DNA from: Octopus vulgaris
Lineage: Eukaryota
Reading direction: 5' to 3'
DNA length: 64,000 bases
NCBI GenBank assembly: GCA_951406725.2
Contig: OX597825.1
Location: 66,836,001 to 66,900,000 of the forward strand
Shown here: one piece after another, positions 37,656 through 52,672 of the stretch
Layout: every line of letters begins with the position of its first letter
Numbering within the stretch: position 1 is the first letter of the stretch
Translations under genes and position numbers: made by a program
The notes under the pieces: model-generated
The model's input: the letters and a program-made list of their open reading frames with translations, nothing else
What the model was told of the DNA's origin: nothing
Database searches by the model: none

Positions 37656-40060
37656 ATATAAAGTAATATTATCTGAACATGAAACAATGCGCGTATGTGT
37701 GTATATTAAATACAACTTTATTATTATTGATATTGGCACGGGGATGAGATAGGTTAGTAGACGAATACGCGAGCTGAGTGAAGCAAAACCATCGCCTCTT
37801 TAATAATAGTATGATCTGTTTCCGTTTAGTAAGTGTTTCAGTGCATACACACAATTATTACCGGGTAAAGATACAGTTGATCCAGAATTATATAATCACA
37901 GCAATTCCTGTCCTTCTCTGTATTATCCCCAGCGTGTGAGCATAAATCAAATATTGCATACGCGCAGAACTGTGTACGATAAATGGATTGCACATAGGTA
38001 AATCGCAGTTAGTAGATCAGTTGTAATTTTGCAGCGTGTAAGTATATCGTACAGCAATAGATTATCGTTAAATTTATCCGTATGACTTAGTACAATATCA
38101 TTAAATACATCAACAAACATTAATTAAAGTTCTATTTTTTATCGCAAATATATGCATCATAGTTAGGAAATAAAATTAGTAGTTAGACTATTGTTCACAA
38201 ATACACTACTATGTATGTATGTATGTATGTATGTATGTATGTAGGTCATTATTCAGTTTTATTTCAAGATTTCTTGCCAATAGAGAAAGAACCAGGTTCT
38301 AACCTAGGTCCAAGGTTCCTTCATTGAAATTTCAACATCAACAGGGTATGTATATATATATATATAATATATATGTAAAACATACAAAATGGGACAAGAA
38401 CGCAGAACATCCAGAGAGTTAGGTGATACAAAAATGGACGACAAAACATTCAGATAGACGAGAACGGGTTATTCGGAGTTTTCTTTCCTCAGTCGAGATC
38501 CAGATTATCTTTGCAATTTCGGCTACTTAAACTCGAGATTGCTCCATTCTGGCCATGTATGTATGTATTTTTGCATGTATGTGTGTATGTATGTATGTAT
38601 GTATGTATGTATGTATGTATGTATGTGCAGATTTTTATGATTTATGTATGTATTCTCGTGCATATAGTTACATATCTAGACATGTTCAAATATATTTAAA
38701 TGATAAACGTTATGTATGTATGTATGTATGTGAATATATATGAACGGATGAATGAACGAATGGATGAATGAGTGGGTGGTCGTTCTCTTATATTTATTTA
38801 AAATCTTCCTGTAAGGATGACATTCGCTTCTAACAAGAATACAAGGCTCCATCTTTGGAATGCAGATAACAAAAACAAATCCCTATGTTAAACTTGAGAA
38901 AATTCCCGAATACTTTTACTGTTCTTCTTTCAGATTGCATTCGTGATGTTCTGGTTGAGATTTTTTTCGACGCCCTCCAGCTTATCCATATTTCTACTTA
39001 AGCGTTGAAACACAAAACCAAATGCCCCAATTATTATTGGCATCTATATGAATTTATACACATGCTTGTATGCATTTTTTTTTACTAAATAATGTAAATA
39101 TTTATGAGAATACCTTCAGTTTTGAAGAAAAATAATTCAACTTGACAGTAGATTTATCGAAGTAAAATAATACAAAGATAACATTTTGTGCAGTTTTAAT
39201 AAATTTTGTATCTACTAAAATCGTATATGCATTAAATTCAACTGAAAAAACCTTTAACAATGGATAAACAACGTTTAGCAAAGTGTTGAAAGGAATTTGA
39301 TATGCAGAATATTCAAATGAGCATTATTGTATATGTAAATAAATTTTGTGTATTTGTAGTTGATTGACATGCGCAACACAGAAGATTTATTGAGCACCGA
39401 CAGCTACTGCGGCATCGGCAACCACAGCCACCAATATAACAGTTTAGAGTGTTATCACCACCACCACCACTGCTGCCAACGTAACTTACCCGTCCGTCTC
39501 GCCTATCCCCCTCACCAGTATGACCTGGACAGCCACCGGCAGCACTATTTTCGGGGAAGTGATACTACTGGAAAAGAGGAGTCAATGCCGTTGTGGCAAT
39601 CAACACTGCAAGATCTAAGTAAACTTACGTTTCTTAGCCGTTTAATTCTGATGATGGTACTCTGTATCTGAAATTTATAAAGGTTACTTATCTTTCGTTT
39701 TTCCCGTTGTTAGGAGCTCTCCGTCTTCATTATTTCTTGTTTTACTTCTGTAAAACAATGCTTCAAGGAAATTACAATGCCCTTATGATATATCTATCTA
39801 TCTATCTATTTATTTATCTAACAAGCTATGTATCTATGTATGTATGTATGTATGTATGTATGTATGTATGTATGTATGTATGTATGTATGTATGTATGTA
39901 TCTATCTATCTATCTATCTAGTTAGATAGATAGATAGATTGATAAATAGATAGATAGATAGATGCATACATACATACATACATTACACACATACATACTT
40001 AAAGATAAATAAGTAGGTAGTTAGATAGGTACATACACAAACATATGTATATATGTATAC

Positions 40061-40159
<99 letters not shown>

Positions 40160-40723
40160 GACATATGTATGCATATATATACGTATGTATATACGGTTAT
40201 ACATACCTATGTTTACATATATGTATATAAACGTATATATTTGTATAGGTATACACCGTTACCTATATAATTAACATCCATCTGTTGACATATACGCAAG
40301 TCTACTGTGCACTGCGTCTGTATAAGCGTCCATCTGCATACATTTCCATCTTTGTGTAAGTGTGCTTGTATGTGGTTTTATAAATACATTTTTCTTAATG
40401 CTTGTGTGTGTGTCTGTGTGTGTGTGTCTGCGTATGCTACTGTGGAGGCGATTGTCTGTTTTCAATTGGATGTGACGTATGTGACATTTATGTGCGTTTC
40501 AATTCATGATCTTTCCACTAAATATTTACTCCCAGTCGTAACATGAACTGTAGATATCAATATAATGAAATCATCAAATAACTTACTTTGGAAGGACGTC
40601 TGAAAGACGCAGACACACAGACACAAAAACACGCATAAACACATACATATTCACACACACATAAACACACGCACAGTTGTACTGTCCACCATACGTACGA
40701 TGCCCATGCAAACATACACACGC

Positions 40724-40812
<89 letters not shown>

Positions 40813-40884
40813 TATATATATGTCGGCGTGTGTATGTTTGCATATATGTATATATATATATGTATATATATTTATATATATATA

Positions 40885-40963
<79 letters not shown>

Positions 40964-40992
40964 TATGTATATAGACATATGTATATTTGTCA

Positions 40993-41026
<34 letters not shown>

Positions 41027-41624
41027 TTGTGTGTGTGCGGCTATGTGTGTGTAGATATATGCATTTATATATGTGTGCGTGTCTATGTGTGAACGTGTGC
41101 ATACATATATTAGTACGCATAGAAACCGACGCACTGAACGACATGCGCTCATATAAGCGACACACACACACACACACACTCACACACACACATATACGCG
41201 CGTGCGAACACAGAGGCCTAATATGTAGAGACAGCGCGTCTCTAAGACGAAATTATATGAAAATAGAGAACTAGTTTGTATTCTTCAAACTCACAATATG
41301 AACGCTAACTTAATTACAGTAAATGATACGATGCTTAGATTAAAGTACATTTTCACATTCATCGTATTGGATGAAAAGCCAAAAGTTTGTAATTTTGATT
41401 AAATATATATAGCTATCGAAGTGTATTTCTTGATGTTTTAATTGGTTTACGTATTTCATTCAAGACATTGTACCGAAATGAACAAATTCACGCATTCACC
41501 TTTTGTCATACACATCCACACACATTAGCAGACATACGCACATTCTCACATACACATTATCACATACATATACACACACACATATCTATGTATACATATA
41601 CATACATATAAAAAAAAATAATAA

Positions 41625-41873
41625 ATGTGTCTTTTTGAAGCTTAGCCAGGCTCATGGGCCCGGTTTCCCGGTTTCTATGGCGTATGTGCTCCCCAGCAGG
41701 ACGGGACGCCAATCCATCGTAGCGTTACTCATTTTTGCCAGCTGAGTGGACTGGAGCCACGTGAAATGAAGTGTTTTGTTTAAGAACCCAAGGCATCGCT
41801 CGGTCCAGGAATCGAAACCACAATCTTACGATCATGATGCTGACACCCTAACCCCTAAGCCACGCTCCTCCAC
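41625..41873 (-). mobile_element. SINE with family D-like body and family A type 1 tail
   Basis: Body CACTTCATTTCACGTGGCTCCAGTCCACTCAGCTG as in family D; 3' part as in the 9532 and 55182 copies. Confidence 0.75.
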
Positions 41874-42191
41874 ATACATATATTCACACATATATATGAG
41901 TATATATGTACATAAATATGCATATAAAACCTATTAGTATAACATACTTAACGTCGTTCAAAGCCAGAAGCTTCCGTTTTCTTCGAGGAGAATCTTTTCA
42001 ACGAAGTATTCACTTAAAAACCATCATTATATTCTTCAGAGCCAGGCGAAACGACATCGTTCCAGAAATAACTACAAGAGTGCCTGATGAGTATTTCAGC
42101 GTAATTGCGGCTTCTCAATGTTATGTATTCGTATTACTCCGCAGCAAAATCAAATGACCCAGTCTTAAGTATACAGAGATATTATGTAAAC

Positions 42192-42480
42192 CAGAGCTAC
42201 TCAAAGTGGTGGTCCGAGGAACCGGTGCCGGTACGCGGTGAGTTTTCGGAAAAGAAAGAAATATTATAAAATCCTTATAAAGTGATTATGTAATATTCTA
42301 CTATTTGTTTACAAAGTAAATATAAAATAAAAAAAATGTCAACTTTTATTACATGCATTATATATATTGTTTCCGGTATAAATTGATATTACTAAAAAAT
42401 ATTACCGGTCCCTGGCACATTGCAAAATAAAATTAAAAAAACCTGCCAGTACACCACATCAGATAGTTTCAGAAGCACTG
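42192..42480. mobile_element. hAT-Charlie-like MITE
   Basis: Termini CAGAGCTACTCAAAGT and reverse complement CAGTGCTTCTGAAACT; diverged 8-bp flanks ATGTAAAC / GTATGAAC. Confidence 0.65.
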
Positions 42481-42681
42481 GTATGAACTATTAGTTGGTT
42501 TGCTGTTGCATCGCAAAAGCACAATAAATATAATAGAAGATCAATAGAAAAAATAACTTCATGAATATGAAATACTAAACGCATATGTGCGCAGGTTTAT
42601 ATGCATCTCTTTAGATGTATACATATATTATTATAATGTACACACATTACATACACACACATGCACACACATACAAACAAT

Positions 42682-42717
<36 letters not shown>

Positions 42718-43327
42718 TAGATAGATAGATAGATATAGATATATATGTGATTACTCTCACACACACACACTCTCTCTCTCTCTCAGATACATACTCACAC
42801 ATACACAGATTATAGCCTTACTTGTCTCAGTCACAGTATTCGGGTGTTCAATCTATCAAATCAACCAAAATATTTATTTTAAGTCCAGTAATTATTTCAA
42901 TTAAATCATTTTGCTTAACCGTTCAATTAGCGGGTACAGAATCAATCCAACACCGCTCGGCAAGCTGTGTGAAGCAAGTACAATGACATGCCCGCACGCA
43001 CACACGCGCGCTCATGTACGCACACACTTTTAGATTCCTATATACGTATACGCACACACGCACAAACACACAGGCACAACATACACACACATACTCGATC
43101 AGACTCACACGATGCTAATACACACACAAGCGCATACAGACTCGGCAACATACACATATATTGAAAAATGCTGACTCAGTTCCACTTGGTTTAAAGTTTT
43201 GAGACTGCAGAACAAGTTCACATCGTCAGATATACAGAGTCAGGTTAGGGAGAAATTAAGAAAATGAAATATATTTTTTAGCAGTCAGTAATACTTCAGG
43301 ACAAGCAGTTGGTGACATCTATTTAGT

Positions 43328-43375
<48 letters not shown>

Positions 43376-43831
43376 ATAAAATAAGCGAAATACATGCAAG
43401 CGACTGATTTGAAAATAGATTTACTTCTGCCGTTATAGGGCGTAAAGTGAACGTTGTTGTAGGAATGTACGCAGCACGTGTGTTACAGCAGTCCTATGCG
43501 TAGCTTTAATATTGAGATTGAAAAGCAGGGGCGAATTATGCGTACCTAATCTACAAAAAAAAACATTTTGCATTTTATGCATAGGAATCAGAGTAACCTT
43601 CATAATTTTATTGAATTATGTACATATTTTACCATAAAAGGAAGATGTTTCTATCGATCTATTTTATTCAAGGTAGGCACTTGATACAGTTCTATGTTTA
43701 AGAGATGAGGAATTATGTACAGTATTTATATTATTTTCATTATTTACATTTGTTGAATATGTGTCCTCATCTTGTTGTTAACACAACGTTTCGGCTGATA
43801 TACCCTCCAGCCAGGTTCGAAATTTCCCCAA

Positions 43832-43877
43832 GACACCTGATGAAGGCTGGAGCGTATATCAGCCGAAACGTTGTGTT
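43832..43877 (+). ncRNA. Minimal type I hammerhead ribozyme, copy 1
   Basis: GACAC-CTGATGA-A-GGCTG(gagcgtatat)CAGCC-GAAAC-GTT^GTGTT. Confidence 0.7.
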
Positions 43878-44148
43878 AGCAACAAAAAAGATGAGAACAG
43901 ATATTCGTCAAATGTAGATAATGTTAACGTCTTGATATTAAACTTAAAATATTAAACATTCAAAACCGACAGATGAATATTCTAACTTCTTTTGTCAGTC
44001 GACAGCTCTATTCATATATTTATGTCTACGTTATGTACAGTATTTATATTATATTCATTATTTACATTTGTTGGATATGTGTCCTCATCTTGTTGTTACA
44101 CAACGTTTCGGCTGATATACCTTCCAGCCAGGTTCGAAATTTCCCCAA

Positions 44149-44194
44149 GGCACCTGATGAAGGCTGGAGCGTATATCAGCCGAAACGTTGTGTT
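44149..44194 (+). ncRNA. Minimal type I hammerhead ribozyme, copy 2
   Basis: GGCAC-CTGATGA-A-GGCTG(gagcgtatat)CAGCC-GAAAC-GTT^GTGTT; the A-to-G change keeps helix I paired through G-U. Confidence 0.7.
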
Positions 44195-44699
44195 AGCAAC
44201 AAAAAAGATGAGAAATGTAGATAATGTTAACGTCTTGATATTAAACTTGAAATATTAAACATTCAAAACCGACAGATGAATATTCTAACTTCTTTTGTCA
44301 GTCGACAGCTCTATTCATATATTTATGTCTACGTTATCCGACGTCACCCTGCTTTCTTCTGATGGTAGCACAAATTTCGAGAAATATTTCTCTACTATTT
44401 CTAAAAATCGTTAATGTTACTGCTAGCTTACTTCAGTCAACACCTTTCCCAAGATAATTAGAATTAATACTGTGCTGTTAATCTAACGAAAAATTTCCGT
44501 TAATTAAGAATACAAATAATAAGCACCGATGATTAATGGAAGGTCAACGTCTCTATGGTGGTTCTGCTTCGTGTTCGCGTTTATAAAGTTGTTGATTATG
44601 ACATAATTCAATTTTCCTTCATTCTAATCTAGCTTATCATCAAATATCCACGAACCTCAGATACCATCGTATGTCTGTCGTTTTTATACTTCTTCTTAA

Positions 44700-44780
44700 C
44701 ATTATTATTATTATCATTATCATTATTATTATTATTATTGTTGTTGTTATTGTTGTTGTTGTTGTTGTTGTTCTTATCAA

Positions 44781-44838
<58 letters not shown>

Positions 44839-45083
44839 GTCATCGTCATCGTCATCATCATCATCATCATCATCATCGTCATCATCATCATCATCATCAT
44901 CATCATTATCATCGTCATCGTCATCATCATCATCATCATCATCATCATTATCATCATCATCATCGTCATCGTCATCATCATCATCATCATCATCATCGTC
45001 ATCATCATCATCATCATCATCGTCGTCGTCATTATCATCGTCATCATCATCATCATCATCATCATCGTCATCATCATTATTAT
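44700..45083. repeat. Compound (ATT)(GTT)(CAT/CGT)n trinucleotide microsatellite
   Basis: Direct reading; source of the poly-D/M/I/S ORFs. Confidence 0.95.
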
Positions 45084-46072
45084 TACAGCTTTGGCCTGTT
45101 ACACTTTGAGACTGTTCAAAATTGGTTGGCCCCAAAAATCTAATCTAAGCGCATTAAAATTTTGGGAAGAAAGCAAGAGAATCTGTACGACAACACAGAC
45201 AAAAAAAAAAAAAAACAAGAAAACGGAGAAAATGTTATACAATTACAAATAACAAGGGAATAACAACAGGTGCCTTTCGACTAATAACAACAAGTTAAGT
45301 TAAGTTGGCGTGTGGAGTGAAAGCTTTGACGCAAAAACATAGATGAAAATCAGGAGGCAGGAAAATAAGGTGTTGTACGGGTGGCGATCAGGCCGAGAAA
45401 GATCATGCTTGGCCGAACACTGGTTATGTGGAAGGAACAGAGAGAAGTAAGGGGTAGAGGGATTTAAGTATTAGGGAATGAACTAGAGAGAGAGAGGGGG
45501 GAGAGAGGAAGGGACAGAAGGAAAGGGATAAGGGAGTTAACAAAGGAAAGTAGAGAGATAAAAGGAGAATTCCAAGAAATGAGAGAGAGGGAGAGCGAGA
45601 AAAAGAAAAGAGAAAGCAAAGAAGAAAATATAAGGGGTACAAAAAGAAGAGAAAAAATCGTACAGAATTTCGATATATACATACAAGGTGAACAAAATGT
45701 GTACTTATGTCGCTATAGGTAGATATAAATAAAAAAACGGAATAAGAACGTGACGGACGACATTAAATTAATTAGCATCATATGGGCAAATAGACGATAC
45801 AAAGACGGACAGAGAAAACTCAGGACGGATCATTTGTGAACCTCAGTTCATCAGTTAAGCTTCAAGTTATCATTACAGTTTCGGCCTGTTACACTCGAGA
45901 CTGTTCAGAATTGGTAGGCTCCAAAAATCTAAGCTAAGAGCATTAAATGCTTGGAAGAAAGCAAGCGAATATGTACGGTAAAACAGACATGTTAAGTTAA
46001 TCTGTGGAGTGGAGTGAAAGCCTTGAGGCAAAACCATAGATGAAAGTCAGGAGACAGGCAAATAAGATGTTT
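45080..46072. repeat. Diverged direct repeat pair (45080-45375 and 45872-46072)
   Basis: Both contain TTACAG.TT.GGCCTGTTACACT..GAGACTGTTCA..GTGGAGTGAAAG; the minus strand has a decayed CTGAACA..CCGAAAC hammerhead-like core, so possibly Penelope pLTR-derived. Confidence 0.65.
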
Positions 46073-46741
46073 TATATATATATATATATATGTATATAAT
46101 GTAATTTAGATTCATTTGAATTTGGTACATAAATTGAGACACCTTGTTAGGACGAACTTATTTGCACACCCAAACAATATAAGATGAGTAACAAACTTTA
46201 TATAGAATTTTTCCACCCGATATTCATGCAGTGTATGTAGATGGTACTATCCAACTTAGTGAATAAATCCGCTCTTGTTTTTTCAGACATGTATTTTATA
46301 TAAAGATACTTTACAAATATTTCCGAAGTGCAGATTCCAGGATGGGTGAGTAAAATATAAATGAGTAATAAAGATGTATAAGTGTTAATTCATTACGGAC
46401 ATTTCGAACGAATCATTTAATTGATCAATGAAAGCATTACGCCATTACAAAGAAAACCGTTCTGATCAGATGATTGCATAGACCTCAAGCATAAAGGACA
46501 GCTTAGATATTTAAACATATTCATATAATCAAGAGAGAACAAATATTTACAATGATTCCGCCGCTAAATTCTTTAGCAAAATGAAAAGGGCAGCACAGCA
46601 ACAGACAAGCGAAAAATTAACATAGACTAGAGTGGTCGAGGGGATGAATGAGAGTAGTAACACCGTTATCTACACATCGAAGACAATAGTGAGAATGTAG
46701 TCTTTAAAATATCTGAAATTAGATCTTTAGGGAGTTATAAA

Positions 46742-47062
46742 AGACCCCCTTCGGTCATGAATGACCATGGGATTGCACCTAGAAAGTTACCCTCCTAGAC
46801 ACAAGTCCGGGCAAGGTTGTTTATGGAAGACCAGCAGTCGCCCATGCATACCGGCCTCCCCTCTCCACACCACCAGTGTTATCCAAGGGAAAGACAAAGG
46901 TCGATACAGCTTAGCAAGTCATTTCTACAGCTGAGTGAACTGGAGCAACGTGAAATAAAGTGCCTTGCTCAAGAACACAACACGCAGCCCGGTCCGGGAT
47001 TCGAGCTCACAACCTCACGATCGTAAGCTCGACGCTCTAACCACTGAGCCATGCGCCAACAT
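46742..47062 (-). mobile_element. Family D SINE inserted in the foldback left arm
   Basis: 12-bp TSD GGGAGTTATAAA; absent from the right arm. Confidence 0.88.
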
Positions 47063-48171
47063 GGGAGTTATAAATTAATGAGTATCATGATAGACTGTTT
47101 TACTATCTGCGAAATGGAACCTTACATCCGGCTATATCAACACCAGTAGGATAGGCCATGGGGTGGCAAGCGAGAATGTCTGATGGGTGATTGATAGAGA
47201 GAGGAAACGGGATACGGATTATTATAAATGCTTATTTTGATTGTCATTTTAAAGGGGAAGAAAAGGTGAACTGTTACAAGGAATACGTCTGAGGGGATTA
47301 TGGATGGGATATGAATTGAAAGAGTGAATTTCTACCCTAGATTACTTATACCGTTAAAGCAAAACGTAAATATATACATATATAAAGGCTAGAAACAAAT
47401 TTCATATGTAACTAAATAAGGGGTTAAACTTAATATATAAGAATATAAGGTAACAACATATACCGAATGTTATGAAAAAAATTAAAAATTATAAATTGCC
47501 ACCGAATGTTTATACAATATAAACTTTAAAAAATGAAGGAAATAAAAGTAGAAATAAAAATATAACCAAATATAGAAGTAAAATATAATATGAGAAAATA
47601 TTAAAAAAATATAAAGGATATATACAAAGGCAAGAAAATATAAAACATATAAAATATTTAATATATTTATATATAAAAAGTACAATGTGTAAAAAATATA
47701 ATAAATTTATAATTTTTGGTTCATAGTACACAGTGGGATATATGAAAAAAATAAAAACTGTCAAAGTATTAATAAAACAGAAAACTTATGAAAACCATAT
47801 GAAGAGTATATAAAATCTTAAGATATTAGGATACAAAATATAAGATTTATAGATATATGAGGATATATAAGAAAATATCTCAGAGAAGAATTATACTAAA
47901 AACTATAATGAAATATAAAAATAATTATACTAAAAAAATTCTTTCTTTAAAAAAAATATAAAAGTAAGCGAATAAAAGTTGCTATACTAAGATATATAAA
48001 AAGGAAATAAAGTAATATGAAATGAAAATAAAGAATATATTATAATGGAATTATTATATGAATAATTATAATTAGAATATTGATTAATTATTAATCATAG
48101 ATGGAAAAAGGCAAAAGTATACCGGGTTGTAATACAGATCAAATATAATACAAATTATTATCAGAAATAGG

Positions 48172-48383
48172 TTACTCTTTTACTATTTGTTTCAGTCATT
48201 TGACTACGGCCATGCTGGAGCACCGCCTTTAGTCGAGCAAATCGCCCCCAGGACGTATTCTTTGAAAGCCTAGTACTTATTTTATCGGTCTCTTTTGCCG
48301 AACTGCTAAGTTCGTAAACACACCAGCATCGGTTGTCAAGCGATGTTGGGGGGACAATCACAGACACACAAACACACACACAC

Positions 48384-48414
<31 letters not shown>

Positions 48415-48578
48415 CGACGGGCTTCTTTCAGTTTCTGACTACCAAATCCACTCACAAGGCTTTGGTCGGCCCGAGGCTATAGTAGAAGACACTTGCCCAA
48501 GGTGCGACGCAGTGGGACTGAACCCGGAACCATGTGGTTGTTAAGGAAGCTACTTACCACACAGCCATTCCTGCACCG
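48172..48578 (-). mobile_element. Family B SINE inserted in the foldback left arm
   Basis: Full structure; absent from the right arm. Confidence 0.85.
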
Positions 48579-49059
48579 GTTAAGAAAGTATAATTAAAAC
48601 CCAACGAATAGCAAGGATTGATGTATGATAGTAACAGATCATAGAGTGTATATTTTATAATTAGGGCAGATTTGAAATTTAAGCACTCTTTAGGTAATAG
48701 CAAATTAATTCCTAGTAACAATTCTAGGAACCGTATGTATGTAAATATCAATAATACCAATAATAGCACTGATAACCCAAATTTAGCCAGTAACAATATA
48801 GATAACATATTTAATAATAATGAAGATAAATAAAAACTGATGATTCCCCAGATATTTCATTTTCAACTATTAGAAGGACGTTAGTTGCATAACATCTAAT
48901 GATACATTACAATATATTAGCGTTAATATAAATTTATATAATAATACAAATGATAATAACTTGAGAAAGAATAACATTAACCTTGATAATGCTTCTAGGA
49001 ATTTGAACAGTACTACGTGTGATGACACTATGAATACGAATAATAGGACTATAAATGCT

Positions 49060-49323
<264 letters not shown>

Positions 49324-50912
49324 CGCAGTTGCAATTATAGGGAAATATCCCTCTGCCCACTATCAGGTCCATGTTTAGCAGAAAATATTATTTATAAATA
49401 TACAATACTGACAGAAAATAATAACTTTTTATATATAAGGTGCTCAGAAAATATGAAAAAAATTATTGAATAACCATTTTTCATTCTTTGGACTTACTTA
49501 ATAAAGCTAATAGTACATCATTATCTACGAACTTAAAGACAATAATATCGATTTCAGTCTTAAATGGAATTTAAGTGCGTGGAGCTCAATCACACACAAA
49601 TAGCCGATATGGATGTAATCTATGTTGTATGGAATTGTATGAAAATTTTAAATATACAGATAAGAACAACTTAATAATAAATTAGATATTAAACTGTCAG
49701 GTGTCCATAAGATTACCAGTACCTTTAAATTATTTAGAAACTGATAATTATTTAATATATCATATAATTTGTTTTGTGACTAAAAACAATTTTCTCTTTA
49801 AACCTTTGATCTATTAACTCTTAGTAATCATAATATATACCTAACTAATCCTAGTGGTAAATCTATTCTATCACGGTTAATATAAATATACTATTTTTTC
49901 CTAACGTGTCCTTGATTTTTAAATCTCCCCTAATTATAAAATATACCCTCGATGATCTGTTACTATCATACCTCAATCCTTGCTATTCGTCGTATTTTAA
50001 AAATATTTTCTTAACCTTTTTCTAAAGATACTTTTTATTCTATTTGATCTCAATTATAACACCCGCATACTTATGCCTTTTTCAATCTAGTATTAATAAT
50101 TAATCAATATTCTGATTATAACTATTTATATAACAATTCCATTATAATATTTTCTTTATTTTCATTTTATATTACCTTACTTCCTTTTTCTATATCTTAG
50201 TATAGCATCTTTTATTGACTTTTATAATTTTTTTGAAGAAAATTTTTTTAGTATAATTCTTTTTATAATTTTTCATTAAAACTTTTAGTATAATTCTTCA
50301 CTGAGATATTTTCTTATATCTTCCTCGTATATCTTAAGATTTTATATACTCATAATATATTTTTCCGATTTTCTTCTCTTTTATTAATACTTTGACAGTT
50401 GTAAGATGTTTTTCATATATCCCACTGTATACTGTGAACCTAAAATTATAAAATTATATCTTTTACATATTGTATTTTTTCTATATATATTAGATATTTC
50501 ATACGTTGTATTTTTTCATGCTTTGTATATATATGCTTTATACTTTGTTATATATTCTTATATCTTATTTTCATATTTGGTTATATTTTTATTTCTATTT
50601 TGTACTTCCTTACATTTTTAAAGTTTGTATAGCATAAAAATTTGGTGGCAAATTATAATTTTTATCCCCTCTTCTCTCTCTCTTATTATCACTCCCCCTA
50701 TCGGCCTTCTCTTTTGCTACCCTTGACCTACTATATTGGTATTGATATAGCCGGATGTAAAATTCCATTTTCTCATATAGTAAAACGGTCTGTCATGATG
50801 CTAATTAATTTAGAACTTCATAAAGTTCTAATTTCAGATGTTCTGAAGACTACATTCTCCCAATTGTCTTCGATGGGTAGATAACGGGGTCACTACTCTC
50901 ATTCACTCCCCC

Positions 50913-50967
<55 letters not shown>

Positions 50968-51239
50968 ACTAGCCTATTCAAATTTCTGGCTTGTCTGTCG
51001 CTCTACTGTCCTGTTTCATTCTGCCAAAAAATTTAGCAGCGGAATCATTTTACATATAGGCTCCCTATAAATGATATGAATATGTTTAAATATCTAAGTT
51101 GTCCATTGTCCTTTATGCTTGAAGTCTATGCGGTCATCTGATCAGAACGTTTTGTTTTTGTAATATGATGCATTGATTATTTAATGTAGCCGCTCGAAAC
51201 GGCCGTAATGAAACGACACTTACACATCTTTGTTACTGA

Positions 51240-51299
<60 letters not shown>

Positions 51300-52289
51300 T
51301 AGATAGATAGATGGATGGAGAGAGAGAGAGATTCAATTATATATATACACGCAATTCATAAGTTGGTTTATCTCGAATGAATGAGAAAGTATTTGTGTGG
51401 GTGGGTGTATGTATGTTTGTATGTATGTTCGTATTTATGTATGTATGTATGTATGTATGTATGTATGTATGTGTGTGTGTGTGTGTGTTTGTGTCCTAGA
51501 TTAAACTCTTCACAGTTATGCCCCATGCTGGCCGCTGTTTAATGACTAAAACAAGTAAAATAAGAGAAATTCATCTGCAAATTAACAACAGTAAAGGATT
51601 TACATTTTTAATTCACCCATACTTTCGTCCAGCTAGCCAGATGGCTAACTAGCTTCACATCTATCTTCTCATAAATCTTTTTACCCAACCAGAGGTCCTT
51701 TTATCACACTTCTTCGTTCATACATACCACAATTTCTCTTCTAATAACCTGTTTACTCATTAATAATTGTATATTTTTCAAGAGCCTGCTAAATGCGATA
51801 TCTGAATCCTAGTGCTAGTCATAAACACGTTAGTGGTTTTCAACACCAAATCAAATAAGCTGATATCGTCTGAAATCACTGCATTGAATCGCCTTTTTAC
51901 ATTTCCATCTTGGCGAGGCGAAGCTTATTGATTACTCTTGAAACTTCCAAGAACCGAGTTCTTGAAGCGTTTTCGATTAGTGTCTGTAGAACTTTGAACA
52001 TATATTCTCAGTATTTGGAGATTGCAAACTTCCATATCTCTTCTTTTCTATGCATGGCAATTTCTAATAGGATTGAGACGGAGCCAACGAAAGTGTTTCT
52101 ACGATGTTTCCTCACCTGCTAAAAATATCAGCCAAGTCTGCCTCACATTACACTCTGCAGTTGTTTAACAAAGGAAGTTCATATTGAATGATGTCATAAA
52201 TAAAATGTGTTTGTAAAGATGACATGGTCACAGCCAGAACACAAATTGTTAGAGACCAATTACAACTACCACCGTCAACATCAGAGGCA

Positions 52290-52672
52290 GTGGAGGAGCA
52301 ATGGCCCAGTGGTTAGGGCAGCGGACTCGCGGTCGGGGGATCGCGGTTTCGATTCCCAGACCGGGCGTTGTGTGTGTTTATTGAGCGAAAACACCTAAAA
52401 GCTCCACGAGGCTCCGGCAGGGTGGGCGGGTGGCGATCCCTGTTGTACTCTTTCCCTCCAACTTTCTCTTACCCTTTCTTCCTGTTTCTTGTCTCCGACT
52501 TCCTACGCAACCGCTGAGCCTGGATGCGCATTCATCCATCCGTCGATGCTCTCGGTGTCGGGGGTTGACCTGATTTCTCTTCTGCGGGTCTTACGAATAG
52601 CAAAGGACCACGTTCCGGACTTCTCCCAGGACGAAGACCGCTTCGCTCAACAAAGAAAGAAAGAAACAAACA
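52290..52672 (+). mobile_element. Family A SINE (tail type 4)
   Basis: Family A head and body, then a unique tail ending GACCGCTTCGCTCAAC(AAAG)n; TSD AACATCAG(A/C)GGCA. Confidence 0.85.

Larger units (their letters stand above)
43713..44333 (+). repeat. Tandem duplication (318 + 303 bp), each unit a partial palindrome containing a hammerhead
   Basis: Unit 1 at 43713-44030, unit 2 at 44031-44333, very similar, with TTAT at the junctions. Confidence 0.9.
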
